A DNA stretch of 64,000 nt from the NCBI RefSeq assembly GCF_009914755.1, contig NC_060946.1, one strand, 5' to 3'. Position numbers and translations under genes: made by a program. Below, piece after piece: positions 41,210-58,424 of the stretch (position 1 is its first letter; every line of letters begins with the position of its first letter). The notes under the pieces were generated by a model. That model searched no databases. It was not told the origin of the DNA and saw only the letters and a program-made list of their open reading frames with translations. Source of the DNA: the human T2T-CHM13v2.0 reference genome, Homo sapiens.

Positions 41210-41867
41210 GTAAGATAGTGGTCCTTTGTCTATCCTCTCCCATATAAGAGTGGCTGGCGGGGAGGGACAGTGGCAGGGTGAGTTGGGCAGAAGGAGTGTT
41301 AGGGTAGTCAGAGCATTGGATTCTTACCACAGCAGTGCTCTTAACCAGCTCTTTAACTTGTAAGCAGAATGATTTACACATGTCTCTACCCTTTTTCCTT
41401 ACCAACCTTGAAAATGTCTTCACTCTGCCCTGCAATCCTCCCAGTGGGAGGCACTCTTCAAGGACGATCCCAGAACATTAAAGTCAAAGACCCCTTAGAG
41501 CTCACCCTGTCCAACCACCTTGGTTGATAAAAGAAGTCAGCCTGGGGCCCATGGAATAGAATAGTACAAGGGCAAGGTTCTCATTGTGAGTCAAAGGTAG
41601 AGTGAAGAGAACCCAGACCATCTCACCCCAACCCAGGCCAGTGTTTTTCCAAATATACCACTTGCTGCAGATCTAGCTCAGCACCCCCAGTCCCAGCCCA
41701 CCCTGAGAACCCAGGCTCCTCATTCTGAGCAGCCAGCTAGAATCATGACAAAGAGGGTGGTAGTGAGACTATGGGTACTGTTGCTTAAAGCCACATGGTG
41801 CAGTGGTTGCTGGGGGGCTTCTGTGTGGGACTCTAGCATCTTATTCCCCCCTGTGCCCTCTCCCCAG

Positions 41868-42056
41868 TGGGAAGTGCCACAATGAGGTGGTGCTGGCACC
41901 CATGTTTGAGAGACTCTCCACAGAGTCTGTTCAGGAGCAGCTGCCCTACTCTGTCACGCTCATCTCCATGCCGGCCACCACTGAAGGCAGGCGGGGCTTC
42001 TCCGTGTCCGTGGAGAGTGCCTGCTCCAACTACGCCACCACTGTGCAAGTGAAAGA
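41868..42056 (+). CDS. LIMK2: LIMK2 exon 5 (end of LIM2, start of PDZ)
   Basis: ccccag acceptor, GTAAGT donor; GKCHNEVVLAPMFERLSTESVQEQLPYSVTLISMPATTEGRRGFSVSVESACSNYATTVQVK(E). Confidence 0.98.
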
Positions 42057-43011
42057 GTAAGTATTTTGAGAACCCTTCAGCAGGGGTTCTTGAGCAGAGT
42101 CTGTAAATGGGCCTCAGAGGGCTTAGACCTCCAAAGTCTCATGCAGAACTCCCTTTATTCTCATCTCATATCTTTCTCCTGGACCCCACTATGCTGTAAC
42201 CGTACCTGGGCCTTGGCACTTACTGTTCTCTCTGCCCAGGCTACTTCCTACCCGATACTTAAGGCAAGAATCACTCACCTTTCAGGTGTCAGGTTTCAGG
42301 TCATGTTTGCTCTTTGAAATCATCTGGCTTGATTATGTGTATTAGTTGTTTATCTTCTATCCCCTCCACTAGAATGTAAATTCCAGAAGAAACTTGCTGT
42401 CTTATTCAGTGCTGCATGCCCAGGGCTTGGAAGAGTACCTGGCATATAGTAGGAGTTGATTGATTATTATTTTGTCAGTCGAGAGAATGAATGGAGAAAA
42501 TGTGGTCCATGGCCCAAAAGAAGTTAAGACCCTATCCTAGATTCAGGCCAGAGACCAGATGGAGAAAGAGTCTGTGTCTATCTAATACCAGTAATGTCGT
42601 ACCTCTGGCCGCTTACCATGTAAATATTGATTGTGTATCTACCATGTGTTGGACACTAGGCTAGTGCTTGCACAGCAGGTGAAAGATACTAGAGTTTGGG
42701 AAGTCAGGAGGAGCTAAGGTCTGTTCTACAACCTTATTAGATGAAGAGGAGAGGGAATTGTGTTCAGGGCAGAGGGAGAAGCATTTCTCCAAAAGTAGGA
42801 GTCTTAATCATGTCTGATGTAGGTTGAGTGTGGCCAGAAAAGGGGCTGTTAAGTATAGAGGGCCTGGATTATGAAAATCCAGCAGATCCATTGAGAGTTT
42901 AAGCAGCAAGGTGTTGTGACCAAGTTAACATTTTAGAAGGATCACTGGTATGGAGGTTGGATTGGAGAGGGGAAAGCCTAAAGGTATAGAGACTAGTTAG
43001 GAAGCTATTGT

Positions 43012-43820
<809 letters not shown>

Positions 43821-44112
43821 CTACAATGATGGAAAGAAGGCAGAGTTCTTAGAGATGGGAGTAGGAGAGATGAGGGAACTCCAGATTGGGAAGATGATGT
43901 TCAAGTTTCTGGCTTAGGCCACAGGGTGAGTGGCAATTCCCTTCACTGAGATGGGGCATCCTGGAAAAGGTGTTGCCTTTCTGTGTGGGTATCCTGGGCC
44001 CCTTAGGGGCCACTGGTGGCCTGGGACCTGGTAAACCTTCCCTGCACAAGCAGAATTGGTCAAGCAGGTTTTTAGGACATCTTTACCCTGCCTCAACTCT
44101 TGTCTGGCCCAG

Positions 44113-44218
44113 GGTCAACCGGATGCACATCAGTCCCAACAATCGAAACGCCATCCACCCTGGGGACCGCATCCTGGAGATCAATGGGACCCCCGTCCGC
44201 ACACTTCGAGTGGAGGAG
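44113..44218 (+). CDS. LIMK2: LIMK2 exon 6 (PDZ)
   Basis: cccag acceptor, GTAGAG donor; VNRMHISPNNRNAIHPGDRILEINGTPVRTLRVEE with the PDZ GDxILEING motif. Confidence 0.98.
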
Positions 44219-44573
44219 GTAGAGTGTGTGTCTAATCTGTCTTGTGAGGGTGGGACATGGAACAGATCCTCTGGGAAATCAGGCTGTAGCCTTTACCTTT
44301 TCCTACCCCCAGCCCATCTCTTTGTCTTAGCATTGAGCCTGTGACCACTGGTGACCTATTTCAGCGTAACAGGTTCCCAGGGTAGCAGGGATGGTTGATG
44401 GACGGGAGAGCTGACAGGATGCCAGGCAGAGGGCACTGTGAGGCCACTGGCAGCTAAAGGCCACCATTAGACAAGTTGAGCACTGGCCACACTGTGCCTG
44501 AGTCATCTGGGTTGGCCATGGGTGGCCTGGGATGGGGCAGCCTGTGGGAGCTTTATACTGCTCTTGGCCACAG

Positions 44574-44770
44574 GTGGAGGATGCAATTAGCCAGACGAGC
44601 CAGACACTTCAGCTGTTGATTGAACATGACCCCGTCTCCCAACGCCTGGACCAGCTGCGGCTGGAGGCCCGGCTCGCTCCTCACATGCAGAATGCCGGAC
44701 ACCCCCACGCCCTCAGCACCCTGGACACCAAGGAGAATCTGGAGGGGACACTGAGGAGACGTTCCCTAAG
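44574..44770 (+). CDS. LIMK2: LIMK2 exon 7 (end of PDZ, linker)
   Basis: cacag acceptor, GTGCCA donor; VEDAISQTSQTLQLLIEHDPVSQRLDQLRLEARLAPHMQNAGHPHALSTLDTKENLEGTLRRRSL(R). Confidence 0.97.
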
Positions 44771-45536
44771 GTGCCACCTCCCACCCTGGCTCTGTTCTGT
44801 CCTATGTCTGTCTCTCGGATGAAGCTGAGCTGGCTTTCAGAAGCCTGCAGAGTTAGGAAAGGAACCAGCTGGCCAGGGACAGACTATGAGGATTGTGCTG
44901 ACCCAGCTGCCCCTGTGGGGATCACAGTTTACAGCCAGAGCCTGTGCGGACCCAGCTGTCTGCCAGGTTTCCTTAGAAACCTGAGAGTCAGTCTCTGTCC
45001 ACTGAACTCCTAAGCTGGACAGGAGGCAGTGATGCTAAACCCTGAAGGGCAACATGGCCTATGGAGAAAGCATGGAGCTCAGAGCCTGGAGTACGGGCAC
45101 AGATAGGATTGAATAAATTGTGTAGAAAGACTTTGAAAACAATAAAGCAAAAGATGAATGAACGTTTTTTTTAGACTTGAGGGACCAACAACCCCCAAAC
45201 CCCAGATTCTGCCAGGTCCATGGGGAAGGAGAAGTTGCCTTGAGTGGAAGCCCCAAGTAGGGAGACTTACAGAAAAGAAGTCAAGAGCACTGGCTCCCAG
45301 GCAGAAATACTGATACCCTACTGGGGCTTCAGGCTGAGCTCCTCCCTTCACAAATCACTTCATCTCTCTGAGCCTGTTTCTGCATCTGTGACATAAGATG
45401 GTAAGATAAAGGTGGCTGTCTCACCAATTATGTAAGGATTAAATGTGGAAAAGGACATAAAGTTGTATAGTGCTGCCATAGGGACAGTGTTCAGTAAACG
45501 TGACACATTCTTAGTATCACTAAGAATCAGGTTCTT

Positions 45537-45980
45537 GGCCAGGCACCGTGGCTCATGCCTGTAATCCCAACACTCTGGGAGGCCTAGGTCGGAGGATGGC
45601 TTGAACACAGGAGTTTGAGACCAGCCTGAGCAACATAGTGAGACACTGTCTCTACAAAAAAAAAATAATAATAATAATTGTTTTTAATTAGATGGGCAGG
45701 GCACTGTGGCTCACACCTGTAATCCCAGCACTTTGGGAGGCCAAGGCCGGAGGATTGCTTGAGGCCAGGAGTTCAGGAGCAGCCTGGGCCACATTCCTGT
45801 CTCTACAAAGAATAAAAAAGTTAACTGGGCATGGTGGCACATGCCTGTAATCCCAGCTACTCAAGAGGCTGAGGAGGAGGATTGCCTGAGCCCAGGAGTT
45901 CAAGACTGCAGTGAGCCTTGATCACACCACTGTACTACAGCTTGGGCAACAGAGTGAGACCTTGTCTCCAAAAAAAAAAG
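45537..45980 (+). mobile_element. FLAM/left monomer plus AluJ-like element
   Basis: Alu consensus. Confidence 0.87.
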
Positions 45981-46619
45981 TTTGTTTTTTTTTATCCACT
46001 CTCCTCACCAAACAAACTGAGTAAGTTAGAGCCCTCTCAGCTGGCATGTGTTGGAAACAGTGCCCTCTCATTAAAGTGCTGCCCTCACTCCCATTGCCTC
46101 TTGGCCTTGGTCAGTATGATGAAATTAGTGGGAGGCAGGGCAACAGAGGGCAGGGAAGAGCTAGAAATCCATGGCCTGGAAAAGGGAAGATTTGGGAGTG
46201 GCCAGGTATCTGTAGAGCCACCATGCAGAGGAGGGGGGCAGCTAGCCTTGTGTGCTCTGGTGGGCATGGTCAGCAGGAGGCAGAGCAAAAGGACAAGGGT
46301 AAGTAAACCTGTAGGTCGGGACAAGCCAAGAGCCATCCAGCGTCAGTCCTCTCTGGGTAGCCCAAGTAAAGCAGGAGCATACCCCAGAGAGAAAGTTCGC
46401 AGGGCTGTTCACCTGCAGTGCTGTGGACTTCAACCTTCTTGTTCCTTCTTCAGTAAGTGAAAATAACAGTCATTGACCATGACTATTATCGACCGCTTTT
46501 GAAAATGTAAACATAGTGACTTTATTGCTGTAAAAATCATACGTGTTTATCATCTTAAAATTCAGGAAACATGGACAGGTACAAAGATGTGCAAAATATC
46601 ATCCAAAATCCCATTTGCT

Positions 46620-47529
<910 letters not shown>

Positions 47530-47925
47530 TCCCATTTGCTCATTTTTTGGATACTAGTATAACTATCACTCTAAACCAGTTAGTACTTAAATCAAGCAGA
47601 TATGGGAGATGGTGAATTACCATCTACAGTGTTGTCATATATGTCACATACTGAGCATTATCAGCTAGTAGAATCTAGTTAATTGTTCTATGTGTGATGT
47701 ATGCAGAGTTCCCATTTTGAATGTGTTTTTACTATGCTTAAATAAATGACTGATGTCAGCAACCCCAAAATGATACATCTGATGTAAGAGCCCCTGTTCC
47801 CCAATAATAACATCTAAACTATAGACATTGGAATGAACAGGTGCCCCTAAGTTTCCTCCCTCCAGGGTTTCTTGGCCGGTCTCTGAGGACTACACATCCC
47901 TACTCCCGTCTTTCCTCATCTTCAG

Positions 47926-48112
47926 GCGCAGTAACAGTATCTCCAAGTCCCCTGGCCCCAGCTCCCCAAAGGAGCCCCTGCTGTTCAGCCGTGACATCAG
48001 CCGCTCAGAATCCCTTCGTTGTTCCAGCAGCTATTCACAGCAGATCTTCCGGCCCTGTGACCTAATCCATGGGGAGGTCCTGGGGAAGGGCTTCTTTGGG
48101 CAGGCTATCAAG
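47926..48112 (+). CDS. LIMK2: LIMK2 exon 8 (Ser/Pro-rich region and kinase Gly-loop)
   Basis: ttcag acceptor, GTGAGC donor; RSNSISKSPGPSSPKEPLLFSRDISRSESLRCSSSYSQQIFRPCDLIHGEVLGKGFFGQAIK. Confidence 0.98.
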
Positions 48113-48963
48113 GTGAGCGCAGGCAACAATTGCTTTGCTCTTCTGCCCCCAGTCCCTCTGTCACTGTCTTTCGGGGATTTCTCATCACTTGGCCCCACCC
48201 CACACCATGCAGGATGCCAGGCCTCCTTCCTGGCTTTGGGTGTTGGTGTGAGAGGTATCCTTCACCCCCACCCAGGCCACCTAAGGTCAATGTTGCTGTT
48301 ACAGTGAGCTTGTGGACCTGGAGATCCAGGTTGGGTTGAGCTGTGCCTGTGGCCCTCCTGCCTCCAGTCAGTGGGTGTTTGTTAGGTGCCTGCAGACCTC
48401 AGTACCGGGCATGCTACAAGGAGCACACAGGGGAATGGCTCCTGCCTCCCTGGTGAACAGTCTCAGGGACTAACCTCTCTCTTTCTCTCCTCCTCCTCCT
48501 CTTCTGCTGAGAACTGGGAGGGGGGGTCAGGTAAGACGTGTGTCTCAGCTTGGGGGCAGCAGGGCTGGAGAGCTCACCCCCGATCCACCCAGCTCCCTGG
48601 TGCATGTCTTTGGCACTGACCTTCCTGCCCCCAGACTTCTGTTCACTCAGGAGACTCACTTCTATGCCAAATGACCAGAGCCCCTGCTTGGCTTGGCAGC
48701 ATCCCCTCCTGCCTTCTTCCCCACTTCCCTTTTCTGGGTTCTTGCCTGTCCTCTGTGCATGCCCAGCTCTCCAGGAAAGAGGGTTTGCTTCCGTGTGAGT
48801 CCCATGTTGCTCCACGCTGCATCTTCCACACATGAACTCTGTCATTCTGACCCGGCTCAGTGTGCCCTCCAAGGGATGGGATGGCCAGCTGCATAGATTT
48901 TCTCAAACAGTTCTCCAGAACTTCCTCTGGTCTCAGCACCATTAACAGTCACCCTCCCTGTAG

Positions 48964-49113
<150 letters not shown>

Positions 49114-49722
49114 TAATGGCTTCAAGAGAAAATACAGTTTGGAATTACTGTCTTAAAGACTAAGCAGAAAAGAGCCCTAGAGGAATATCCCACTCCCTCT
49201 AAATTACAGCGTAATTATTTGTTCAATGAACACTTACTAAAAGCAACACAAACAGGGTACAAGGGATGCAGTAACAAAAGATACAGGGTTCAGAAGAGCT
49301 CTCAGGTTATGAGGATGATGGACATGAAAACACTCCAATTTAGTACAACTCAATGTTATAATCCTCACCTGAACGCCCTGCTAAGGGAGCCTGGAGGGGA
49401 GCTCCCTGAGCACTCACACTCCTTGGGCATTTACAGTTTTCACTACCCCTCCCAAGTTACTTCATGGAGTAACTTAAGTTGGGGACACCTGTGGTCTGGG
49501 TATTGCCCTCCAAGCCACTTGGCCACTCCCACCCCAGTTCTCCCAATGCAGTTCCAAGGGTAAGGCCTATGAAGCCATCTCCATCTATATGGTGGTGGTC
49601 TTCCCTCATCCTGATCTTAGTGCCCTGTCATATCACAAGATAGGAGGTAGGAGATACAGGTGGTAACACTTGTCAAGCTGATTCCTTGGAGGGAAGAGGT
49701 AAGGAAGACAGTGAGAAGTTAA

Positions 49723-50025
<303 letters not shown>

Positions 50026-50102
50026 TAGGGAGGCTTCACTGGGAGACCACATTGACCCATGGGGCCTGGACCACGAGTGGGACAGGGCTCAACAGCCTCT
50101 GA

Positions 50103-50255
<153 letters not shown>

Positions 50256-50981
50256 TAGAGACCCCTTCCTATGCAACTTGTGTGGGCTGGGTCAGCAGCT
50301 ATTCATTGAGTTTGTCTGTGTCACTGAAACTGACCCCAGCCAACTGTTCTCAGTTCACAGCCCTGTTTTCAAAGAATTACACATCTCTAAAGGCAAACAG
50401 GGCACGGACAAGGCAAACTGGAGAGGCAAACTGTAGCCTGAGATGGCCTGGGCTTGCCATCACAGGTATTCAGGTGCTGAGGGCCCTTAGACCAACTAGA
50501 GCACCTCACTGCCTAGGAAATCAATGAAGGGGAAATGAGTTCTAGCGGAGCCCTGAAGGATCAGAATTGGATAAAGTTCTTATTGGCAGAGAGGCACCAG
50601 GATTGAAGTGACAGGAGCAAAGACCTGGGAGGAAAGAGGAGAAAATCATCTATTTCACCTGGAAACAAATGATTCCAAGCATAGAAATAATAACAGCTGA
50701 CAAGTACTGAGTGCCCTCTATATGCTAGGCACTGGGCTGAGGGATTAACATGCATGTGCATGTTTATTCCTCATGACAACCTTGGTTTCCAGATAAGCTG
50801 GACTGGAAAGGGACAGAGCTGGGATCCTGGGCTAATCAGTCTGGTCGCCAAGCCTGAGACTTTAGCCACTGCCCTTCACATGGGGGTCCATGAAAATAGT
50901 AGTAGTCTGGAACAGTTTGGGGGTACATCAAGGTCGCTGTGTTTTAAGCTATGGAGTCTGGACTATAGGAGACAAATGTAA

Positions 50982-51784
<803 letters not shown>

Positions 51785-53092
51785 TTAGTACATTGGGGTG
51801 GAATGCGGAGGGTCCAGGGAATGGAGCCCTGCATAGGGGGCTAATGAAACATTTCAGATTTCTGAATTAAGGTAGTGGCTGTGGGGACAGGAGCCTGGGA
51901 GGCAGGGTGGAGTCAGAATGGAGAGACTGGTTGGCAATGAGGGAACAGGAGGAGGAGGAGGAGGAGTTACGAGTGGCTTGAGGTGTCACTTACCAGACAT
52001 TTGGGGGATGGGGGATAGCCGTGATTGTTGAGCAACTGGTTTGGGAAGAGCTAGCATTGATCCCTGCTGTTCTGTGCTAGCAGAACCTATCAGCATCTTC
52101 TGGGCAGGAAACTGGCTCCATGAGACTGGCTTAGGGAGAGGCTGCTAGTCACCTAATCTGCAGAGAAGGGGCAGCTGGAGCTGTGGGACAGAAGAGGCAT
52201 CCATGTAGCTGGTGGGGGTGTCTCAGCTTGTGAAGAGGAGATGGCTTTGAGCAGGGCTGACACTGAAAAGGCTGGAAGAAAAAAACAGACACACAAGAGT
52301 CTCAGGATCAGGTAGCATAGGAAAGTTGTGGACAGTCTTTGAGGAGCACTCCCTCAGGCAGGCAGGCAGGCAGGTCATGAGCTATAGCGATTCAGGAAGA
52401 GCTCCCTGGGTGTGTGAGCAGCTCCAGGAGCCTAAGGGATGAAAGTAGTATTGCAGGGGGCTGGAGAGCAAGGAGTGGCTCCTTCTACATTTGCAAGGGA
52501 AGGAGAAAGGAAGTTGCTCCTGAGAGTGGTAAGAGTCAGTGGTGGAGGCCTGGAGAGGAGACATAACAAACAAATTTGTTGACAAACATTTTGGTAGGAA
52601 GGGGGAGAGCTTAAAGTTTAGACAGTGGGGAAGGTGGAGTCTTAGAGGAGGTGAATGTCTGAAAGACAGAGCTAGCTGGAGCAAGAAGTCACTTCTCTGT
52701 TGCAGGCAGGAAGGATCCAAAGTGGCTCAAGCCAGAGATTGGGAGAGTGGGGAGGAGGGAGCAGCCTGGATCTAAGTAAAATGGGTAGAGGTGGAGGGGG
52801 TGCTGCAACGGCCAGGGTTTTCTGAAGTTGGGGACATTAGGAGAGAGCTGTGAGGGCTTTGGCCAGCCACTGTGCTAGTGATTGGTGAACCAAAGGATGG
52901 GCAGGAGATGGCAGCAGGGAAGCAGAGGAAGTCCAGGCTTCCTGTTGGTATTGGGACAAGGGAGAGGCCATAGGAGGCCCTGGCCCTGTTGTCCAGGTTG
53001 GGTTCTGAAGCTGGGTGGGCATGGCCTGGTAGGAGAGCATCTATGGCGCCCAATTCCAGATTCAGGGTCTAGTTGATTTGCTGGCCCTGTAG

Positions 53093-53290
<198 letters not shown>

Positions 53291-53829
53291 TAGGAGCTCC
53301 TATCTTTCCCTTCCTGCTTCTTCCAATGCCCTTCTCTGTCCTCTGGGAGCTCCGAGACACACACAGACATAATTTCACCTTCTCTCATTAGCAACCTTTG
53401 AAATAATTTGATTAGAAGGGACTTCAGAAGTTTGTTGACTATATGTAGAAAACCCTGTCATTTTACCTGCTTTTGCCCCATAGTAGTCTTGTAAAACAGT
53501 TCATTGCTGACCCCATTTTACAGTGGTGGCACCTGAAGCCTCAGCCTGAGGCCACCGAGCTAGTAAATTTACAGGGACCAGTTTGAGACCAGCATTCCTC
53601 CCACTGCCCCTCAGCTGTGGTGGTTACAATGTTGTTTGTCTTACTGACTTGCTATCTGGCTTCCTGGGTGTCTACCGGCTGGCCCTGGCTCTGCCCTCTA
53701 GACCCACACCACGCAATCTTCATTCCTTTCCCACATGACTGCCCTGTAGCTATTCAAAGAGCTTGTCTCCCCCAAGTCTCCCCATCTACTGCCTCCACCT
53801 TGCCTTTTTCTGTCTTATCCTGGTTCTAG

Positions 53830-54693
<864 letters not shown>

Positions 54694-55432
54694 TGAAGCC
54701 CTGGAGGGGACACCCGCAGAGGGAGGACAGATGCTGCCCTTGCATCAGAGCCCTGGGAATTCCAGGGGAGGCCTGTGAAGCGTAGGACCGGATACCCAGA
54801 GCTGAGGATATTTTTCCCTTGCCAGGTGGGGCCTCACGATTTAGCTCCTGAGCTCAGGGGGCTGGGAACTGATCAGTGTCCCATCATGGGGGATAAGGTG
54901 AGTTCTGACTGTGGCATTTGTGCCTCAGGGATCGCTAAGAGCTCAGGCTATTGTCCCAGCTTTAGCCTTCTCTCTCCATGGTGAGAACTGAAGTGTGGTG
55001 CCCTCTGGTGGATAATGCTCAAACCAACCAGAGATGCTGGTTGGGATTCTTGAAATCAGGGTTGTGAGGCCTCAGAAATGGTCTGAATACAATCCATTTT
55101 GGAGTCTGAGGCCCAGAGAAGTTCAGTGAATTGCCTAGGAGCATACAGCTGCCTAATGGCAGAGGCTAGATGAACCCTAGTCTGGTTCTTTTCCACTTTA
55201 ACGTGCAGTTTCATCCTAGGCAGTGTTATGTTATAAGGGCTCTCCAAGGCAGTTCACCTACGGCTGAGGAAGGACTATTTTCAGGTGGTGTCTGCGCAGG
55301 ACAGCCTGTGGGGTGTCCCTACAGAACCTGTTCTAGCCCTAGTTCTTAGCTGTGGCTTAGATTGACCCTAGACCCAGTGCAGAGCAGGTAAGGGATGTAA
55401 ACTTAACAGTGTGCTCTCCTGTGTTCCCCAAG

Positions 55433-55488
55433 GAAAGAGCTATGATGAGACGGTGGATATCTTCTCCTTTGGGATCGTTCTCTGTGAG
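55433..55488 (+). CDS. LIMK2: LIMK2 exon 14 (kinase subdomain IX)
   Basis: cccaag acceptor, GTGAGC donor; (G)KSYDETVDIFSFGIVLCE. Confidence 0.97.
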
Positions 55489-55607
55489 GTGAGCTCTGGC
55501 ACCAAGGCCATGCCCGAGGCAGCAGGCCTAGCAGCTCTGCCTTCCCTCGGAACTGGGGCATCTCCTCCTAGGGATGACTAGCTTGACTAAAATCAACATG
55601 GGTGTAG

Positions 55608-56682
<1,075 letters not shown>

Positions 56683-57098
56683 TGAAGGAAGATTTGTTTT
56701 AAAAAATTGTTTTCTTTAATATTAATTGAACACCTCTGTTCAGAGCACTGGGCTGGTGCCAGAGGGTTTCAGACATGAATCAGATCCAGCACCTCATAGA
56801 GCCTTAACTCTGGCACACACACACAGCCACAAGGAGACACAGACAAGGCAGGGTAGGATGAGTGGAAGCTAGGAGCAGATGCTGATTTGGAACACTTGGC
56901 TTCTGCAGTGAAGCCCCTTCTTAGTCCTCTTCAGTAACCCAGCTCTCAGTGGATACAGGTCTGGATTAGTAAGATTTGGAGAGATGATTGGGGATTGGGG
57001 AGAGCTCTCTAACCTATTTTACCACCTCCTCTTCTGCCATTCTTCCTGTCCACATCCCAGCATCCCTTTCCCTTGCCAAGTATCTGTGGCCTCTGTAG

Positions 57099-57515
<417 letters not shown>

Positions 57516-57934
57516 TAAAAGAAAGTTTAAAAGAAGGAAATTCACCCAAACCATTTGAATACAGTAAGTGTATTCATCTTTCGATATTCCCCTGTCCATA
57601 TCTACACATATACTTTTTTTTATAGTAAATAGTTCTGTATTTTGCCCTGCATTTCCCTTGTGTTTACTATCCAGTCTTCCTGTTTATCATTTTTGTCGAC
57701 AACATGAAATTCTATTGAGAGACTGTCTGAACATATTGTAATGTAGATGTTCAGGTTTTTCCAGTTTCTCTTTACAATAGGTATTTAACTACAGTGAGCA
57801 GTTTTATGCATTTAGCTAATTTCTCCTTTGAGGAAGTATTTTCAAAATTACCTTTATTCTTCTCAGGTAATAATTTCATTATTACCAAAGTTACCCTAGG
57901 TCTTTTCAAGTGTGTGGTTAAAAAACTAGAATCT

Positions 57935-58220
57935 GGCTGGGCGCGATGGCTCACACCTGTAATCCCAGCACTTTGGGAGGCTGAGGCTGGTGGATCACCT
58001 GAGGTCTGGAGTTCGAGACCAGCCTGGCCAACATGGTGAAACCCCATCTCTACTAAAAATACAAAACTTAGCCAGGCATGGTGGCAGGTGCCTGTAACCC
58101 CAGCTACTTGGGAGGCTGAGGCAGGAGAATTGCTTGAACCCAGGGGCGGAGGTTGCAGTGAGCCGATATCACGCCATTGCACTCCAGCCTCGGCAACAAG
58201 AGTGAAACTCTGTCTCAAAA
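57935..58220 (+). mobile_element. Alu (AluS) with very short tail
   Basis: Alu consensus. Confidence 0.9.
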
Positions 58221-58424
58221 ATGGGGTTCTTTTCCTGCCATCAAAAATCATGTTTCTTTTAAAAACAAGTTCAAACATTACCAAAGTTTATAGCACAGGA
58301 AATACGTCTTCTGTAATCTCCCTTAACCAATATATCCCTCAACATTCTCCTCACCCCCAACTCCACCCTCCCAGGATAACCAGTTGGGACATAATCTTTA
58401 TTTAAAAATGGTTTCCGGATAGAG

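Noticed and set aside
45918-46460. 180-aa ORF in intron 7
   Set aside because: Begins inside an Alu at a non-ATG codon; composition looks random.
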